Origin: Mobula hypostoma
Lineage: Eukaryota
Direction of reading: 5' to 3'
DNA length: 64,000 bases
Assembly: GCF_963921235.1 (NCBI RefSeq)
Contig: NC_086104.1
Coordinates: forward strand, 54,064,001-54,128,000
A program made the position numbers and the translations under genes. Positions 1 to 13,187 of the stretch are shown here, piece after piece; positions within the stretch are counted from its first letter, which is position 1, and every line of letters begins with the position of its first letter. The notes beneath the pieces were generated by a model. That model was not told the DNA's origin. It worked only from the letters and a program-made list of their open reading frames with translations, and made no database searches.

Positions 1-493
1 CTACATAATTATAACATATAGTTACAACAGTGCAAAGCAATACCGTAATTTAACAAAGAACAGACCATGGGCACAGTAAAAAAAAAGTGTCTAAGTCTCG
101 AAAGTCCCATCATCTCACGCAGACGGTAGAAGGAAGAAAAAGAAACTCTCCCTGCCATGAACCTCCAGTGCCGCAAACTTGCTGATGCAGCACCCTGGAA
201 CTTCGAGCCTCCAACCAGCCCTCCGACACCAAGCACCATCTCCGCCGAGCGCTTCGACCCCGGTCCCGGCAACAGGCAATAGGCAAAGCAGAGGATTTGG
301 GGCCTTCCCCTCTGGAGATTCTCGATTGCACAGTAGCAACAGCAGCGAAGCAGGCATTTCAGAAGTTTCTCCAGATGTCCCTCCGTGCTTCTCACGTCTG
401 TCTCCATCAAATCAGGATTGTGCATGGCCCCTACTTAACAAATATGATATCATTTCGGAGTGGCCGGGTGCACTGCGTCGCGCCGCCATCTTG
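1..493 (-). mobile_element. Non-autonomous LINE-derived interspersed repeat, running off the window start
   Basis: Reverse complement of 30490-31135 along its length. The minus-strand 5' end reads CAAGATGGCGGCGCGAC. ORFs here have no recognisable product. Confidence 0.75.
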
Positions 494-724
494 TCCTCCC
501 CACCAAAATAATTAAAAACCTATTGCATACAGTAAATAGTATAATTACCTTAAATGTATCCTCAAAGTGGAGGCAATGAGACTAAATATTGGGATAAAGC
601 TAGTAACAATTACATTACAAAAATATGGGAAGTGAATTCATTGCCATCAGCCAGAGCATACAAACATTATACTGCAGTTGTGCAAGTCACTGGTGAGGAC
701 ACACTTGGAGTATAGCTCGGTCAC

Positions 725-938
725 CTTTACAGTTCTTACCCACCTGGTTTCACCTATCATCACTTTCTAGCTATCCTCCTTCTCATCCCCCCCCCACCTT
801 TTATTCTGTCATCTTCCCCCTTCATTTCCAATCAAAATGATTGTTCATTTCCATAGATGCTGCCTGACCTGTTGAGTTCCCTCCAGAATTTTGTACGTGT
901 TGCTTTGGATCTCCAGCATCTGCAGAATTTCTTATGTT
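725..938 (+). mobile_element. Penelope-like element 3' end, degraded
   Basis: CCATAGATGCTGCCTGACCTGTTGAGTTCCCTCCAG...CCAGCATCTGCAG matches the ends of the elements at 25680-25781 and 50480-50585. Confidence 0.65.
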
Positions 939-1154
939 CTTAAGATATACTCTAATTTCTTTGGATTAATTGTAGGAATAAAATGAGAAAATTAAATGGA
1001 AATACCACTGATAATGATTATTTCATTACTGAGGTTGGTAGTTTAGTGGTTCCAAGAATATAAGTTCAAAGTAAGTCTTGGCAATTTAAAATACAGTTTT
1101 GAGATGACGTAGTAAGGATAAACCAACATCAAACTGATGGATTGTCGGAAAAGT

Positions 1155-1206
1155 CATCTGGATAACTTGGCACAGAACATCTGGATAACATGGCATAGAA
1201 CATCTG
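1155..1206. repeat. 23-bp tandem repeat, about 2.3 copies
   Basis: CATCTGGATAACTTGGCACAGAA, CATCTGGATAACATGGCATAGAA, CATCTG. Confidence 0.85.
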
Positions 1207-2608
1207 CAGGGATTGTTCGCCCACTGTCACATCCCACAGAAAAATCAATGGAATCTTGCAATCACAACATAAAAACTTGTTTCTTTGAGTATTTGCAATA
1301 GTTGTTAGTACAAGTTATGACCTGAAATTGAAAGAACTTCCATTTTAGCATAATCAACATGATCTGATCAACATAGCAAAACAGGGCAATAGAAGACAAC
1401 TTATTCATAAAACGTTGCAAAATTATATGTAGGTACATGACTTATGTCCAAAACCAAAAGACAATGTACCTAATTAAATTACTTATTTTTAAAGACTCAA
1501 TAAAGAAGGCCATTTTCTGTCTCTTTGGGACTTTAAAACCGCTTTCCTTTAATGTCTGGATTTTCCCCATCAAGCAATATGCCATCCTTATCATTGAAAA
1601 TCCTTACGTAATTGATCTCAAATGAAATTTCTAAATATACAGCTCGAGTGGAAAAGTCAGCAAAGTACATTTTAACCAGTATGGTGGAAGCACTAGCTGT
1701 ACAATATCCCGGACATTGACTGAATTCATTTGGCAGCAGATAGTTGGACAGCAAGAATTAAATCCATGCCATGCCCAATTTTTTAAAAAATCTGTCTTTA
1801 GTCTATAAATGGGACGGTCATCTTATATATTCATAGTAAATAATTGGCTATTCTTTTGTTGTAAATTAATACAATGTGATGTTTCTTGCAATTGTTTTTT
1901 CCTGAAAATGAGGCTTTCATAATATTTTAACCCTTTCATTAAACAACCAGAACAATATATTTTGGGATATGGCTATTCAGCCAGTTATGTCCATACAAAC
2001 AAAACAAAAATGACCATTCAACTTACTAGTTTGTAGTTCATGACCTTGCTAGGGTAAGGCATCTCAAATAATTGTCCAGGTTCTTATTACAAACTGTGTT
2101 GAGGACCCTGTCCCTACAACATATTCAGACAATGAGTTACAGATCTCATTAAACTCCTGGTGAAAAGATCTTGTGAATGCCCCTTGAAATCCCCCCAAAT
2201 GTCTTAACAATTAAAAAAAATTACTAGGTTATAATGATTTAAATATAATAGGTCTGTCCAGGTCCTTGAATTTGATTAAATCTCCTGTACACCCTTTTCC
2301 TCCAAAGAAAATTTCAAACCAGCCAATCTCCCTGGATGATTGGGATTCTACAGCTTTTGTGTTTATCATTATATATAAAAAAATAACTACAATGGCCCTG
2401 AGTTGTTTGATCCTAATCCAGGAAAACCTGATAATAACTCAAAAATTTAAAAGAATAAAAAAGCAGAAAAAAACCATGGGTTCATTATTTAGACCTCATC
2501 AACATCTTCAGAAGAGCCAAAAATCTGAAATAATGAACCACCTTCGTCAAGTGTTAACATTACAATTTTTTCTATTTTACCACACAATAAAAGCATGATA
2601 AAGGACAC

Positions 2609-2822
2609 AAACACAAGGAAATCTGCAAATGCTGGAAATTCAAGCAACACACATAAAAGTTGCTGGTGAACGCAGCAGGCCAGGCAGCATCTCTAGGAAG
2701 AGGTACAGTCGATGTTTCGGGCCAAGACTGACAAAGGCTGTCGGCCCGAAACGTCGACTGTACCTCTTCCTAGAGATGCTGCCTAGCCTGTTGTGTTCAC
2801 CAGCAACTTTTATGTGTGTTGC
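2609..2822. mobile_element. Penelope-like insertion made of two inverted terminal copies, with a 14-bp TSD
   Basis: TSD ATGATAAAGGACAC at 2595-2608 and 2823-2836. Arms 2644-2723 and 2743-2822 are reverse complements at 76/80 positions and match the 3' end of 49329-50585. Confidence 0.9.
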
Positions 2823-3029
2823 ATGATAAAGGACACTGTGTTTCCTTTAATTCAGTATTCATCATCTCAGGCTTTAATGGAGATTCCTACTAATAACAAC
2901 ATCTAAAACCTTAATATGATGCTGTTACATGAACTGAACTCTTTGACAGTGATTCTGCTGGAGCAAAATGTCTTGACTACTTCTGAAAAGACACAATTCA
3001 GGAACAGTGTTACTAGCTATTAACTCTGC

Positions 3030-3293
3030 CATTGATAGTCCCGAGCCCAGCTGTGAAAGGAGGAGGTTAGGCATGGGGCTAGCAACCCATCCCTTAAAAA
3101 CCAAGTGCCACAGAAACATCAACAAAGCTCATTCCTGTGAGAGGAAGAATCTTCACCTTGAAGATGGATTAAGTTGTGTGGTGAAAGCAGAAGCCACAGG
3201 GCTGATCAACTGTTAGCACAGGACAGGGGATTCTAGCAAGATGCTGTTGGCAGCCTGTGCCCCAGTAGGGGTGATAGGCTTAAGAAGCAGAAG
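3030..3293 (+). mobile_element. Short RTE-related non-autonomous element
   Basis: RTE-5'UTR-like GGAGGAGGTTAGGCATGGGGCTAGCAACCCATCCCTTAAAAA, ending in GGGGTGATAGGCTTAAGAAGCAGAAG with an (AAG)n-like tail. Confidence 0.5.
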
Positions 3294-5829
3294 TTATCAG
3301 CTATTGGGATGGACCAGTTTCTTTAAATTTTATTTCTTGATCAACTTTTCTGTGAAATTCATGGTTCATAACTATATTCTGATACTACTCATTAGCCTAT
3401 TCTTTGATCAGAACTTCCCAAGTGAAAGCCCAGAATGCAGAACACAAAATAGACCCTGTAAAATTGGAGTTCTAAACCCAAACCATGTTTCCTCCTATTC
3501 AGCTTAATTTGTGGAATTCCGGGAGCTGTTGTGAGATCCATAGAGATTTTATTCCCAATTTTTTCTGCTGTAAAGTTCATTTTCATGCAGAAGTAATTAC
3601 AATTCTGTAAATGGAGAGGAAGACCTGCTTCATAATATTCCTTCTTCAAACATTGCAAAGAATATGGTCATAAATCTCATTGACCTTACTTTATGAATAG
3701 CAGCAATAATAATTTGCATAATAATAGTCACTATAGATTAAAAATAGCTCATTGTAAAACACTTTGTGCCATCAAGAAAACATGAAATACACAAGACAAA
3801 ATCTTATTTTCTTTGTCACTGATAATGAACAAAAAGTCACAGTCTCTATTAATTCATCAGCGCCTTTAAATAAGAATTGTTAAGTACCAGTGTCTGGAAT
3901 CAAATCAGTATGGAATGACATCTATTCCATATCCTTTTAGTATAGAATGACATATAAGCAACAATGTGGAGAAATGCAAACATAGTAGATAGGAAAAGTA
4001 AAAGTAACCAAATTATTATTGCTCAGTTAGTAATTTGTTTTCAGCTTTGTCAAATACATATGTGTTATTGCATTGCTATTCAGCTTCCAACATTTTATTA
4101 GGTTTGTTCAGATTATCTTCCATTCTTTCTTCTCTCTGTCACCATGTGACATTTGGAATGTGTTTTGTTTTTGCTGTTGATATTGAAAGGGATCAGCAAA
4201 AGTACCTCCCAATGATGGCACAGCCATTCACATTGTAAACATAACCAAGGACACCTCTTTGCATGAAAACAGTAGAAAACAATTATTCAGCCACTTGGAA
4301 TTTGATTTTCAAGTAATTTAACCAATTATCAAATTGAAATTAAATTGCCAAATCTAATTGTTCATTAAAGTGAGCTTCAGTTTCTTCTGCTATTTATTTT
4401 TATAGTATTGCTTTCAATGCCCTAGGCTATGGATTCACAACGTGTGCACATGCCTGAATGGCTAGTGATGATGAATTAAGTCCTAGAATTTCCCCTACTA
4501 TTCAATTTTGAAGATTTATGAGTGATCCCAATCATACTTGATGCATATGGGTTTTGGGTACCACTCTTGGGCAGCATCGAAAAGCTGGGATTCTAGCAGA
4601 CTTAATACTCATTAAATTATGAAAATAGATATAAACTGATGCAACCTGCCATATGCATTTTGATGCAAGTTAGTTAGCACAGCACAACCATCAAACCAAT
4701 ACAATGGAACCAAACTCTTTTCTTTGAGGACACTGCCTCTTTGTGTGGGCTAAATAATATAAACACCTTACTTGTGTATATATTGAAATGCTCTGTAATT
4801 TGAAGGAACTGCAATAAAAGAGTAGTTCGCTCTAAAGTTATGCAAATATATTTAATTGAAAATATAATTGTTTCTTTTTGTTTCGTTGAAATACCAAACG
4901 CTTTTATGTCACTTCTGAAACAATAGTGTATTGAAACAATCAATTGAAATAGAGGAGCTTTCCATCTAAATAGGAAAAGCAAGATAAAAGCACCAGATTC
5001 ATTCTCAATAAACAACTCAATATGCAAACTGTTTTTAAAGGTGTTCACTTTTTGGAAGACACATATAGTAAGTTCTTTGAACCTTTTGAGAAACAAAAAA
5101 GCCAGTATTTTCAGTCACTGCTATACAGCATCTAACTTGTTTGCTGTCATTGCTGACTGAGATCAAGAACACAAGTTGTACAATCACTGAAAGTTAGCCC
5201 ACAGATTGTGGAATCAGTTCACTACTCTACTACCAATTGCCCAAGATTCCTGCCTTCAGGAATAAGTTTTAGTATTATTCTATGAAATTTGCCGTTCTAT
5301 AAAAATAAACAGTTTGCTGTAATCCATGAGTTTTGGCATAGGTTTTTGTGAACAATGGGGAGGGAATGGGTTTATACTGAATACAAATCTCATATGATAA
5401 AATTTAAATTATTTATTAAATACAGCCAGTCACCAGGTTATGACAGGGTTCCAATCTTGAGAACGGTTTATAACCAGAACTGCTTCTCAGTCAGATTGGT
5501 GGGAAGATGGGTTGCCAACCAGTCTCACTGTCTCAGTGATTGAGCTAGTGAGTCTGCACAGTTCTCCCTGCCCTTCTTGGCCCCACCCAGCTCCCAATTC
5601 AGGTGGCCGGGTGGGGCATGGGGTGGAAAGGCAGAAGTGCCCCATTCTGATGTAGCAACAGATACTCGCAGATTCACAGCAGCAGGACAAATCTATTCTC
5701 CCAGTCTTCCAAATGTTGTTTATATGTTTAGGGTATCATAAATCAAGAGTGAGCTTTGAAATAATTCCTTAAATATTCACTGGCTCCAATTGACACATCG
5801 AGCTTTATTACACCAGCAGTTGGTCTGCA

Positions 5830-6235
5830 GTCTTCTGTAGCTTGATGGACAAGTGCTCATCTAAATTCTTCTTACATGTTGTGAAAATACCTGCCCCCAC
5901 CACCCACTCAGACTACGTACTTCAGATGCCAGTTCCCCTCAAATGCAAAGAATTTCTTCTCAAATCCCTTCTAAACCTGTTGTTCCTAAATCTAAACCAA
6001 AAATCTGAATACCTCTATATTGGAAAAAAACTTTTCTACCAAGTACCCTATCTATGCTCTTCATAATTTCATACAGTCCTACCAGGTATCTCCTCATCAT
6101 CTGCATATCCTGAATAAACAAAACCTATCCACCTTTTCCTTGTAGCTGAAATGCTCTATGCCAGGTAAAATTCTGGTGAATCTTTGCACCCTCTCCAATG
6201 CAATCATGTTCTTCCTATAGTCTGGTGGCTGGCCA
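5830..6235 (-). mobile_element. CR1 LINE 3' fragment, old
   Basis: Minus strand resembles the CR1 ORF2 C-terminus (YRKD..ALERVQ.RFTR..PG), as in the copy at 22900-25147. Confidence 0.65.
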
Positions 6236-6479
6236 GTATTATATAAGTATTTTATGACACTTCTGAAAAAGATAGTGTATGAAAAAAATCAATTGAATTA
6301 GAGCAGCTCTCCTTCTAAATGGGAAAAGGGAGATAAAAGTACAAGAATCATTCTCAATAAACAACCCACTGTGTTGTCTGTTTCTAATACTGTTCACTTT
6401 TTTTTGGAAACACATAGCAATTTCCTGACATGAAAGTACTTTGTGATGAACAGTGTGTGTATGTATATAACACCATATA

Positions 6480-7250
6480 CTACCTTGAGGTTCATTTTTT
6501 GCATGTATTCACAGTAGAACAAAGAAATACAATAGAATCAATGAAGAACTAGACAAGAGACAAAGATTGACAAACAACTAATGTGCAAAAGACTAACTGC
6601 ACAAATACAAAATAATAAATAAATAAATGATGCTGAGAACAGAAGTTGTAGATTGTGGAACCAGTTCAGAGTTTAGATTTTTTACACTGGTTCTGAAGCC
6701 TGATGACTATTCCTGACCTGCTGGTGTAGGACCTAAGGTTCCTGTACTTCCTTCTCGATGGCAACAGAAAGAAGGGAGCATAACCTGGTTGGTGAAGGTT
6801 TTCGGTGATGGATGTTGCTTTGTTGTGGCAGTGCTCCTTATAGATGTGCTCAGTAGTGGGGAGGGCTTCGCCTGTGATGGACTGGTCTATATCCACCACA
6901 TTCTGTAGGCTTTTCCAACCTTAGACAGTGGTGCCTCTATACCAGGCTGTTTGTTATGCAACCAATCAGGGTATTCTCCACTATGTAGCTACAGAAGTTA
7001 TTCAAAGTTTTAGATGACATGCCGAATCTGTGCAACTTCTAAGAAAGAAGAGATATTGCCATGCCTACTTTGCAATGGCATGAACACACTGATCCTGAAC
7101 AGATCCTTTGATATGATAACACCATGGAATTTAAAATTATTGACCCTCTCTACATCTGATCCCTTAAGAAGGACTAGCTCATGGATCTCTGGTTTCTTCC
7201 TCCTGTAGTCAATAAACAGCTCTTTGGTTTTGCTAGAGAAGTTGTTGTCT
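6480..7250 (-). mobile_element. Rex1/Babar-like LINE 3' fragment
   Basis: ORF 6666-6899 (ITGEALPTTEHIYKEHC...HQPGYAPFFLLPSRRKYRNLRS) plus an NFKFHG/FKFLG-like motif near 7125-7140. Confidence 0.75.
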
Positions 7251-7259
7251 TACGTTTTA

Positions 7260-8110
7260 TGAAGTTGCACCATAATCTCGCAGCTCTTATACACTGTGCC
7301 CTGGTACTGATGTCAAGTATCTGCATGCTTTCACCTCCTTATTTACCTGTGCTGCCACCGTCAGGGATTCTATTATTTGTACACAATTTTCTGTTATTCA
7401 ATACTCCCAAGGGCATTCCCATTCATTTTGTATGTTCTACCCTTATTAGTCCACCTAAGTGCATCACCATGCACTTTTCAGGATTACCGGCCATCTGCCA
7501 TGGGCCTCTCCCATCTCCAATATCATCCAGCCTAAAACTATTCCTCCTCACCAGCAACCACATCACCAAGCTTCATATCATTTGCAAACTTACAAATTAG
7601 AACTCATACATTCATATCCAAATTGTAACTACGATCAAAGATCTGTGCTATAACATGAGACACAGACTTCCAATCATGAAACAGAACTACACCTCTCCCT
7701 CTGTCTCCTTTTACTAAGTCAATCGTGGACTCAATTTACCAACAGATCAATTCTGATCCCCCGTGCTCAGTTTACTAATAGATCTATGTTAGATCAGCTT
7801 CAAATTGAGGTCCTCATCAACTGCTTTACAATATTTATCAAGTGCATGATTCTCATTAGTATATTTTGTAACCTCTGAAAATAATCATTTTGGCTAGACA
7901 GCCTTTACAAAGAAAGTCATGCTATCCTTAGTTAATTCCTGTCTTTTCAAAGGCAAATTAATCTGTGCCTTAGAACTTTTTTTTAAGGCAGCAATCTCTG
8001 TATCACTGCTCATAAACTTACCAGTCTGCAACTACCTGGCTTTTTCCTGATACATCCTTAATAAAAGTACCAAATTTGATCTCCTCCATTCAATTGCACC
8101 TACCACAAGC
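7260..8110 (-). mobile_element. CR1 LINE RT fragment, very degraded
   Basis: Minus-strand KFANDMKL near 7570-7590 and KCMVMHLG near 7450-7480. Confidence 0.55.
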
Positions 8111-8519
8111 ATAACGGATGTCTGAAGATCATTAATTTATTTATATCTAGAAGAATAAAACTGATCAGAAGCAGCATTGCCTCTTAGAGATATTTTGGAT
8201 GTAGGTCACACCGTGTCATTTTCTCCCTCTCTAAAAATCTATTCCTTCATTTCATAACTGTTAATATGTAAAGTTTTAAACTTGTTCAAATGATACAAAC
8301 AGTTAACTAGACTAAGATCCATGACTTCAAATGGTAATTCAGCATGGGTTCTACGTTCACAGGAAAATATTCATAAGCTGATTTATGTCACAATAATTTA
8401 AGTGAAAAAGAAAATCTGTATTTTTCTCAAATGACGTTTCTTCTGTTTCCCAAGACAATGTGCCCTATGGTTAATTTGGAATAATGAAGTTATGAGTATT
8501 TCACTTTATCAATTAACAA

Positions 8520-9485
8520 CCAAATACAACATAAAACAGCGCAGCACACTTTGGCCCATGATGTTGTATCCAACTAAACTAATGTCTTCTGCCCATCCTT
8601 CCATATGCCTATCAAGGAGTATCTTGAATGGCCTCATCATACAGTATTTGCCTCCACCAGCAACCCAGGCAGCACATTTTAGGCACCCACCACTCTCTGT
8701 GTAATAAACCTGGACCGCACATCTCCTTTGACTCACTCCCTCTCACCTTTAATTCATGCTTACTATTATTAGGCATTTCCAACCTGAAAAAGATATGGGC
8801 TGGCCATCTTTGTCTCTTACGATCTTGTAAACTTCTAACGGATCTCACATCAGCATCCACCGCTCAGAAAAAGCAACTCAATTTAGTCAAACTTATCTTT
8901 AAAGCACATGTCCTCTAATCCAGGCAGCATCTTCTGCAGCCTCTCCAAAGCTTCAACATCCTTCCTATAATGAGGTAACCAGAAGTGAACTGAATTCACC
9001 AGGTGAAGCCTTACTAGGTGAATAAAGCTGCCATACAATATTCCAGCTCTTGAACTCAATTCCTTGCTTAGTAAAGGTAGATATACAATATGCTTCTTCA
9101 CCAGCTTATCAACCTGTGTCAACACTGTCAGAAAATTATGGAAGTGCAACCCAAGATCTCTCTTGCCATCAACAGTGTAGTTTTTACATTGGATCTCACA
9201 AAGTGCAACATTTCACATCTGGCCATGTTAAACTCTAACTCATTTTACTGCCATTTATCCACCCATATCTGCAACAGATCTATATCCTGCTATCACTTTT
9301 GGCAGTTTTCCACACCACCAATCTTTGTATTATCTGCAAATTTACTGACCCACCCAACTATTTTTTCATCAGTCGCACAATGGAATCCTACGGAACATCA
9401 TTAGTCACAGAGACCTCCAGCAAGATGTACTGCAGTTCCATCAACCACTATTCCATCTTCTATAAGCAAATGATTTCTGATCTCT
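8520..9485 (-). mobile_element. CR1 LINE 3' fragment
   Basis: ORF 8883-9149 (LVRLHLVNSVHFWLPHYRKDVEALERLQ) and KFADNTKIGG near 9315-9345. Confidence 0.8.
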
Positions 9486-11814
9486 TTTAGACAACATTTG
9501 TAAGTATCAGAAACTACTTTCTTGTTTTTTGTGTGTATTGTGAAGCTTCTTTAAAATCAACAAAGTTTATATGACAAAGGCACTAATGTTATAGCTATCA
9601 CAATACATGCAACTTTTATTGGTGGTGTTATAAATTATTGTTGACAGAAGTTAAAGTTGTTTGAAGTTCATGTGAACAGACATCTTGCTACAACTAGGAC
9701 AGGAGATTCCATCATAGTGTAAAATGTGCTGTAATTTCCATGTACAAGAACCACCCACCCCCCTTCAAGATTGAACCAGTTAGCACAGATGTGGTTCATT
9801 ACTGTGCTTGGCTCATTGAGAATATGTTTTTCTGCTTGGTCCATTTCACTCAGGTAGGTGCCAAACAGAATCGTGCACTTGTGATCAATACTTCAACCAA
9901 ATTTAGGTTCATATTACTGACAGTGAAATGCATATTAATTGAATTCTCAGCACAGTTAAGTCCAATGCTACATTATGCATTCACATTACGTAAAGTGGCA
10001 GTCCTTACAAACTATAAACATTCTACCATTACTAATATTGAATATTTACATTCTTTTGGAAATGCAGGTTAGTGTTTAAACTCTCAAATGGTTTCACAAT
10101 TCTTTTATTTCCCTTTAATTATCTCCTGTCCACAAACAGCCTAATAACAAAAATGTACCACATCATGACACAAGTGCAAAAGTATGTCTGACATCTACTG
10201 GCTGCCTTCAGTTAACTTTCTGGGATCTGAGGAAATTAACAGGAAGCAAAACCCACATGACAAAGTCTGCAGCCAAGCCACCAACTCAATGAAGCAGACA
10301 GAATGCCCCCTAAAAGACAATTAGATTGACATGGGTTATTAGAGTCCAATCGCTTCTCTTTCACTAAAATTAAACTCATTCAAGATACCATCAAAGAAAG
10401 AATGATTTTGTTCCAACCCTCTTCACATTGCTGGGGGATGGGTGTAGTAGGAGAATGCATTTAAATTTAAATTTTAAAATCTTCCTTCCACAATTCCACT
10501 TCTATTTTCAGAAAGTCCCTACAATTACTGATGGGGAGAATCACAGATCTTCTCAGAATCACAATATAGTCCACACTGAAACTCTGAATGCAAGAACCAC
10601 TCATATCACCTGGGTAAGAATGGTGATAATTTTTTTTGGAAGCGGGGGAAATGATGGAATTAGTTTAACCCATGGAACAGAGAAGAAATATATTTAGTTA
10701 GCTTGAAAGTCACTCACAGCTTCTATTCCTGGTTTTGTGGAATTAGTGCCTTGAAAAATAAGTTTGCTTTGCGATACATTTTTAGGCTACCATTAAAGGA
10801 CTCCTTCAAAGTTCATTTGAAGTGAATAATGGATCCATAAGTTACCCAAAGACATTCAGTCGCTGGTAAATGATGTTTTAGGCAAGAATAGGGCATTTCA
10901 CCCTTGGAGATTTTCCTGTTCTTTCAGCTTTCTGCTACAATTAACTAATTTAATATATTCTCAAAACAACCACAGGCAATTCATTGTTAGCGCTAACATT
11001 ATATCCAAAGAGCAAGTTGTTAATGTACTCTTCAAGCATTATGGACAGACAGAGCAGAAATTTGTTAATTAATACTGGCTGTTCTAAGATAAATGACAAA
11101 AAACTAAGTGTTCAGATGTTGAATCTCAAGCTTACTGATAAATTGGTGAACCAGTTTCATCTCCCCATTGAAATAATCCACAGGTGAATCATGGATTTAT
11201 TAAGGTTTACCAACGGCTAAGCTGGTTCATGCGGTGTTTTAGGTGCATACAGGTGGATAAGTACCAAACCAATAATGCATGAAGACTGCAGTCAGTAGTA
11301 CTGAGTCAATGATCAAAATCAAATGACTAGAATAGAAAAGAGACTAGATTTTGTTTAAAAGAAAACAGATATTTTGCAATAAAAATTGAAGTCACCTGTT
11401 CTTGGCATTTTTCCTATTTAATAATAACTCCATTAAACTTTGACTGCATTAATTTATTGATTTTTTTTACCATATCATTAGGCCTTCAATGGCCTTGAAT
11501 TGAAAAGCTGGACAGTAAAATTTGACCTACGGATGCACTCAATAGGACACAACAGAAGCCCATCAACAGTCAGCATTTGCCTGTGAAAATAATGTAAAAT
11601 ATTCTTCAAAACAGAACTGAAGCTCAAAATTGTTGGTAGTGAAGGGCAGAATAACAACTTCTGAAATTCTATATTCAAAATAAATACAATTCTATTGTAT
11701 ACAGTAGGTAGTAAAATTACCTAAAATGTATCCTCAAAATGGAGGCAATAGACTAAATTTTGGGAGAGAGCTAATAATAATTAAATTACAAAAATATAGA
11801 AAGTGAATTTATTC

Positions 11815-12520
11815 TTGTCATCAGCCAGGGCATTACATATAAGAATTGGAACATTATACTGCAGCTGTGCAAGTCATTGGTGAGGACACACTTGGAGTAC
11901 TGTGTACAGTTTTAGTCACCTTGTTATGAAAAAGATATAGTTAAATTGTAAAGCATGCCAGAAAGACTCACAAGGACTAGAGGGCCTAAGCTGTAGAGGG
12001 AGGCTGGCCAGGCTTGGTCCTTATTGTTGAGAGTAAGGTGGGGGAGGAAAGAATGTTACAGAAATATTGAAAATTATGACAGGCATAGGTAAGGTGAGTG
12101 GTAACAGTCCTTTGCCCAGAGGAAAGATGTCCAAAACTAAGGGATATAAATATAAGGTGTGAGGGGTAAGATTTAAAAGGGAACTGAGGGATAGCTTTTT
12201 CACAGAGAGATGGTAAAGTACATGGAATGAGATGCCAGCAGAAATGCTTGAGGTAGGTACAATTGTACCATGTACTGTAGCAAGCACTTGGACAGATTTA
12301 TAGAGAGCGAGGGTCTTGAGTAGGGGTTCCCAACCTTTTTAATGCCATGGACCAATACCATTAAGCAAGGGGTCCATGGACCCAGGTTGGGAACCCCTAC
12401 TCTAGAGAAATATGGACTGAATGCAGGAAATTTCGACTAGTGATGTGGACAGCATGGTTGGCATAGATTTATTGGGCTGAAGGCATTAATTCTATGTTGA
12501 TTGCTCTATGCTTCCATGAC
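11815..12520 (+). mobile_element. CR1 LINE 3' fragment interrupted by a MITE
   Basis: Encodes LVRTHLEYCVQF and has a CR1-type 3' end GGGCTGAAGGC...CTATG. Confidence 0.75.
12321..12399. mobile_element. 79-bp hAT (Charlie-like) MITE
   Basis: Perfect 16-bp TIRs TAGGGGTTCCCAACCT / AGGTTGGGAACCCCTA. 8-bp flanks GTCTTGAG and CTCTAGAG resemble NTCTAGAN. Second copy at 61781-62440. Confidence 0.85.
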
Positions 12521-12699
12521 ACGCAGAGGGCTCAGATGCTGAGAACACCTTCACTGTATCGTATTAAAAATGAACAGCTTCCAGAGGAATGAAATGCAGC
12601 TACTGCATCAAAATCAGCTCTATGGTGGTCACAGACTCTTAACCAGTTCTTACTAAAAGTGCTACAGATTTTAAATAATTTAAAGAGTTTAAAGAAAAT

Positions 12700-12956
12700 C
12701 TTTACTTGTCAAATGTACATCAAAACATATATCGAAATGCACACTCAAAGGATGTGCTAGGGAGCAGCCCACTAATGTCATCAAGCTTCTAGCCCATCCG
12801 AATTTGGCATGTGGGAGGAAACCAGAGAAGCTGGAGGAAACCAATGCAGTCACACGGAGAACGTACTTACTCCTCTTAGACAGCAGTAAAAATTGAACTC
12901 CAAATGCCTGTTGCAGGTGCTGTAACATATTAAGCTAACTGCGACATTACTGTGCC
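12700..12956 (-). mobile_element. tRNA-derived V-SINE (HE1-like)
   Basis: Minus strand has the V-domain-like TTTCCTCCAGCTTCTCTGGTTTCCTCCCACA and a B-box-like GAGTTCAATT. Confidence 0.7.
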
Positions 12957-13187
12957 ACAGCATCTAATAGATCTTAATCTATTTAATGTTCTCAAGTTGT
13001 CAACTATCTGAGGAGTTTAATCCTGAACTAACTTCATAATTTTTTTAAAATTTAGACCTTGATCTCAACAAAGAATTTACAAAATAATGAATTATTTTTG
13101 CACCACGTTATGTATTTTATCAATATCCCAGCGAGTAAACTTAAATATTGAAAATGTAAACTACAAAGTGCTACCTACCATAATTTT

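Noticed and set aside
9-515. Overlapping 70-140 aa ORFs on both strands (also 30466-30920)
   Set aside because: They lie in a GC-rich non-coding repeat, frames are not preserved between the two copies, and no domain is recognisable.
1533-1754. Protein-like minus-strand ORF (IFNDKDGILLDGENPDIK)
   Set aside because: No convincing splice-site pair and no recognisable family.
2644-2822. Pre-miRNA or TIR-bounded MITE
   Set aside because: The arms are Penelope terminal sequence, and the 14-bp TSD and asymmetric extra 35 bp do not fit a DNA-transposon MITE. There is no expression evidence for a miRNA.
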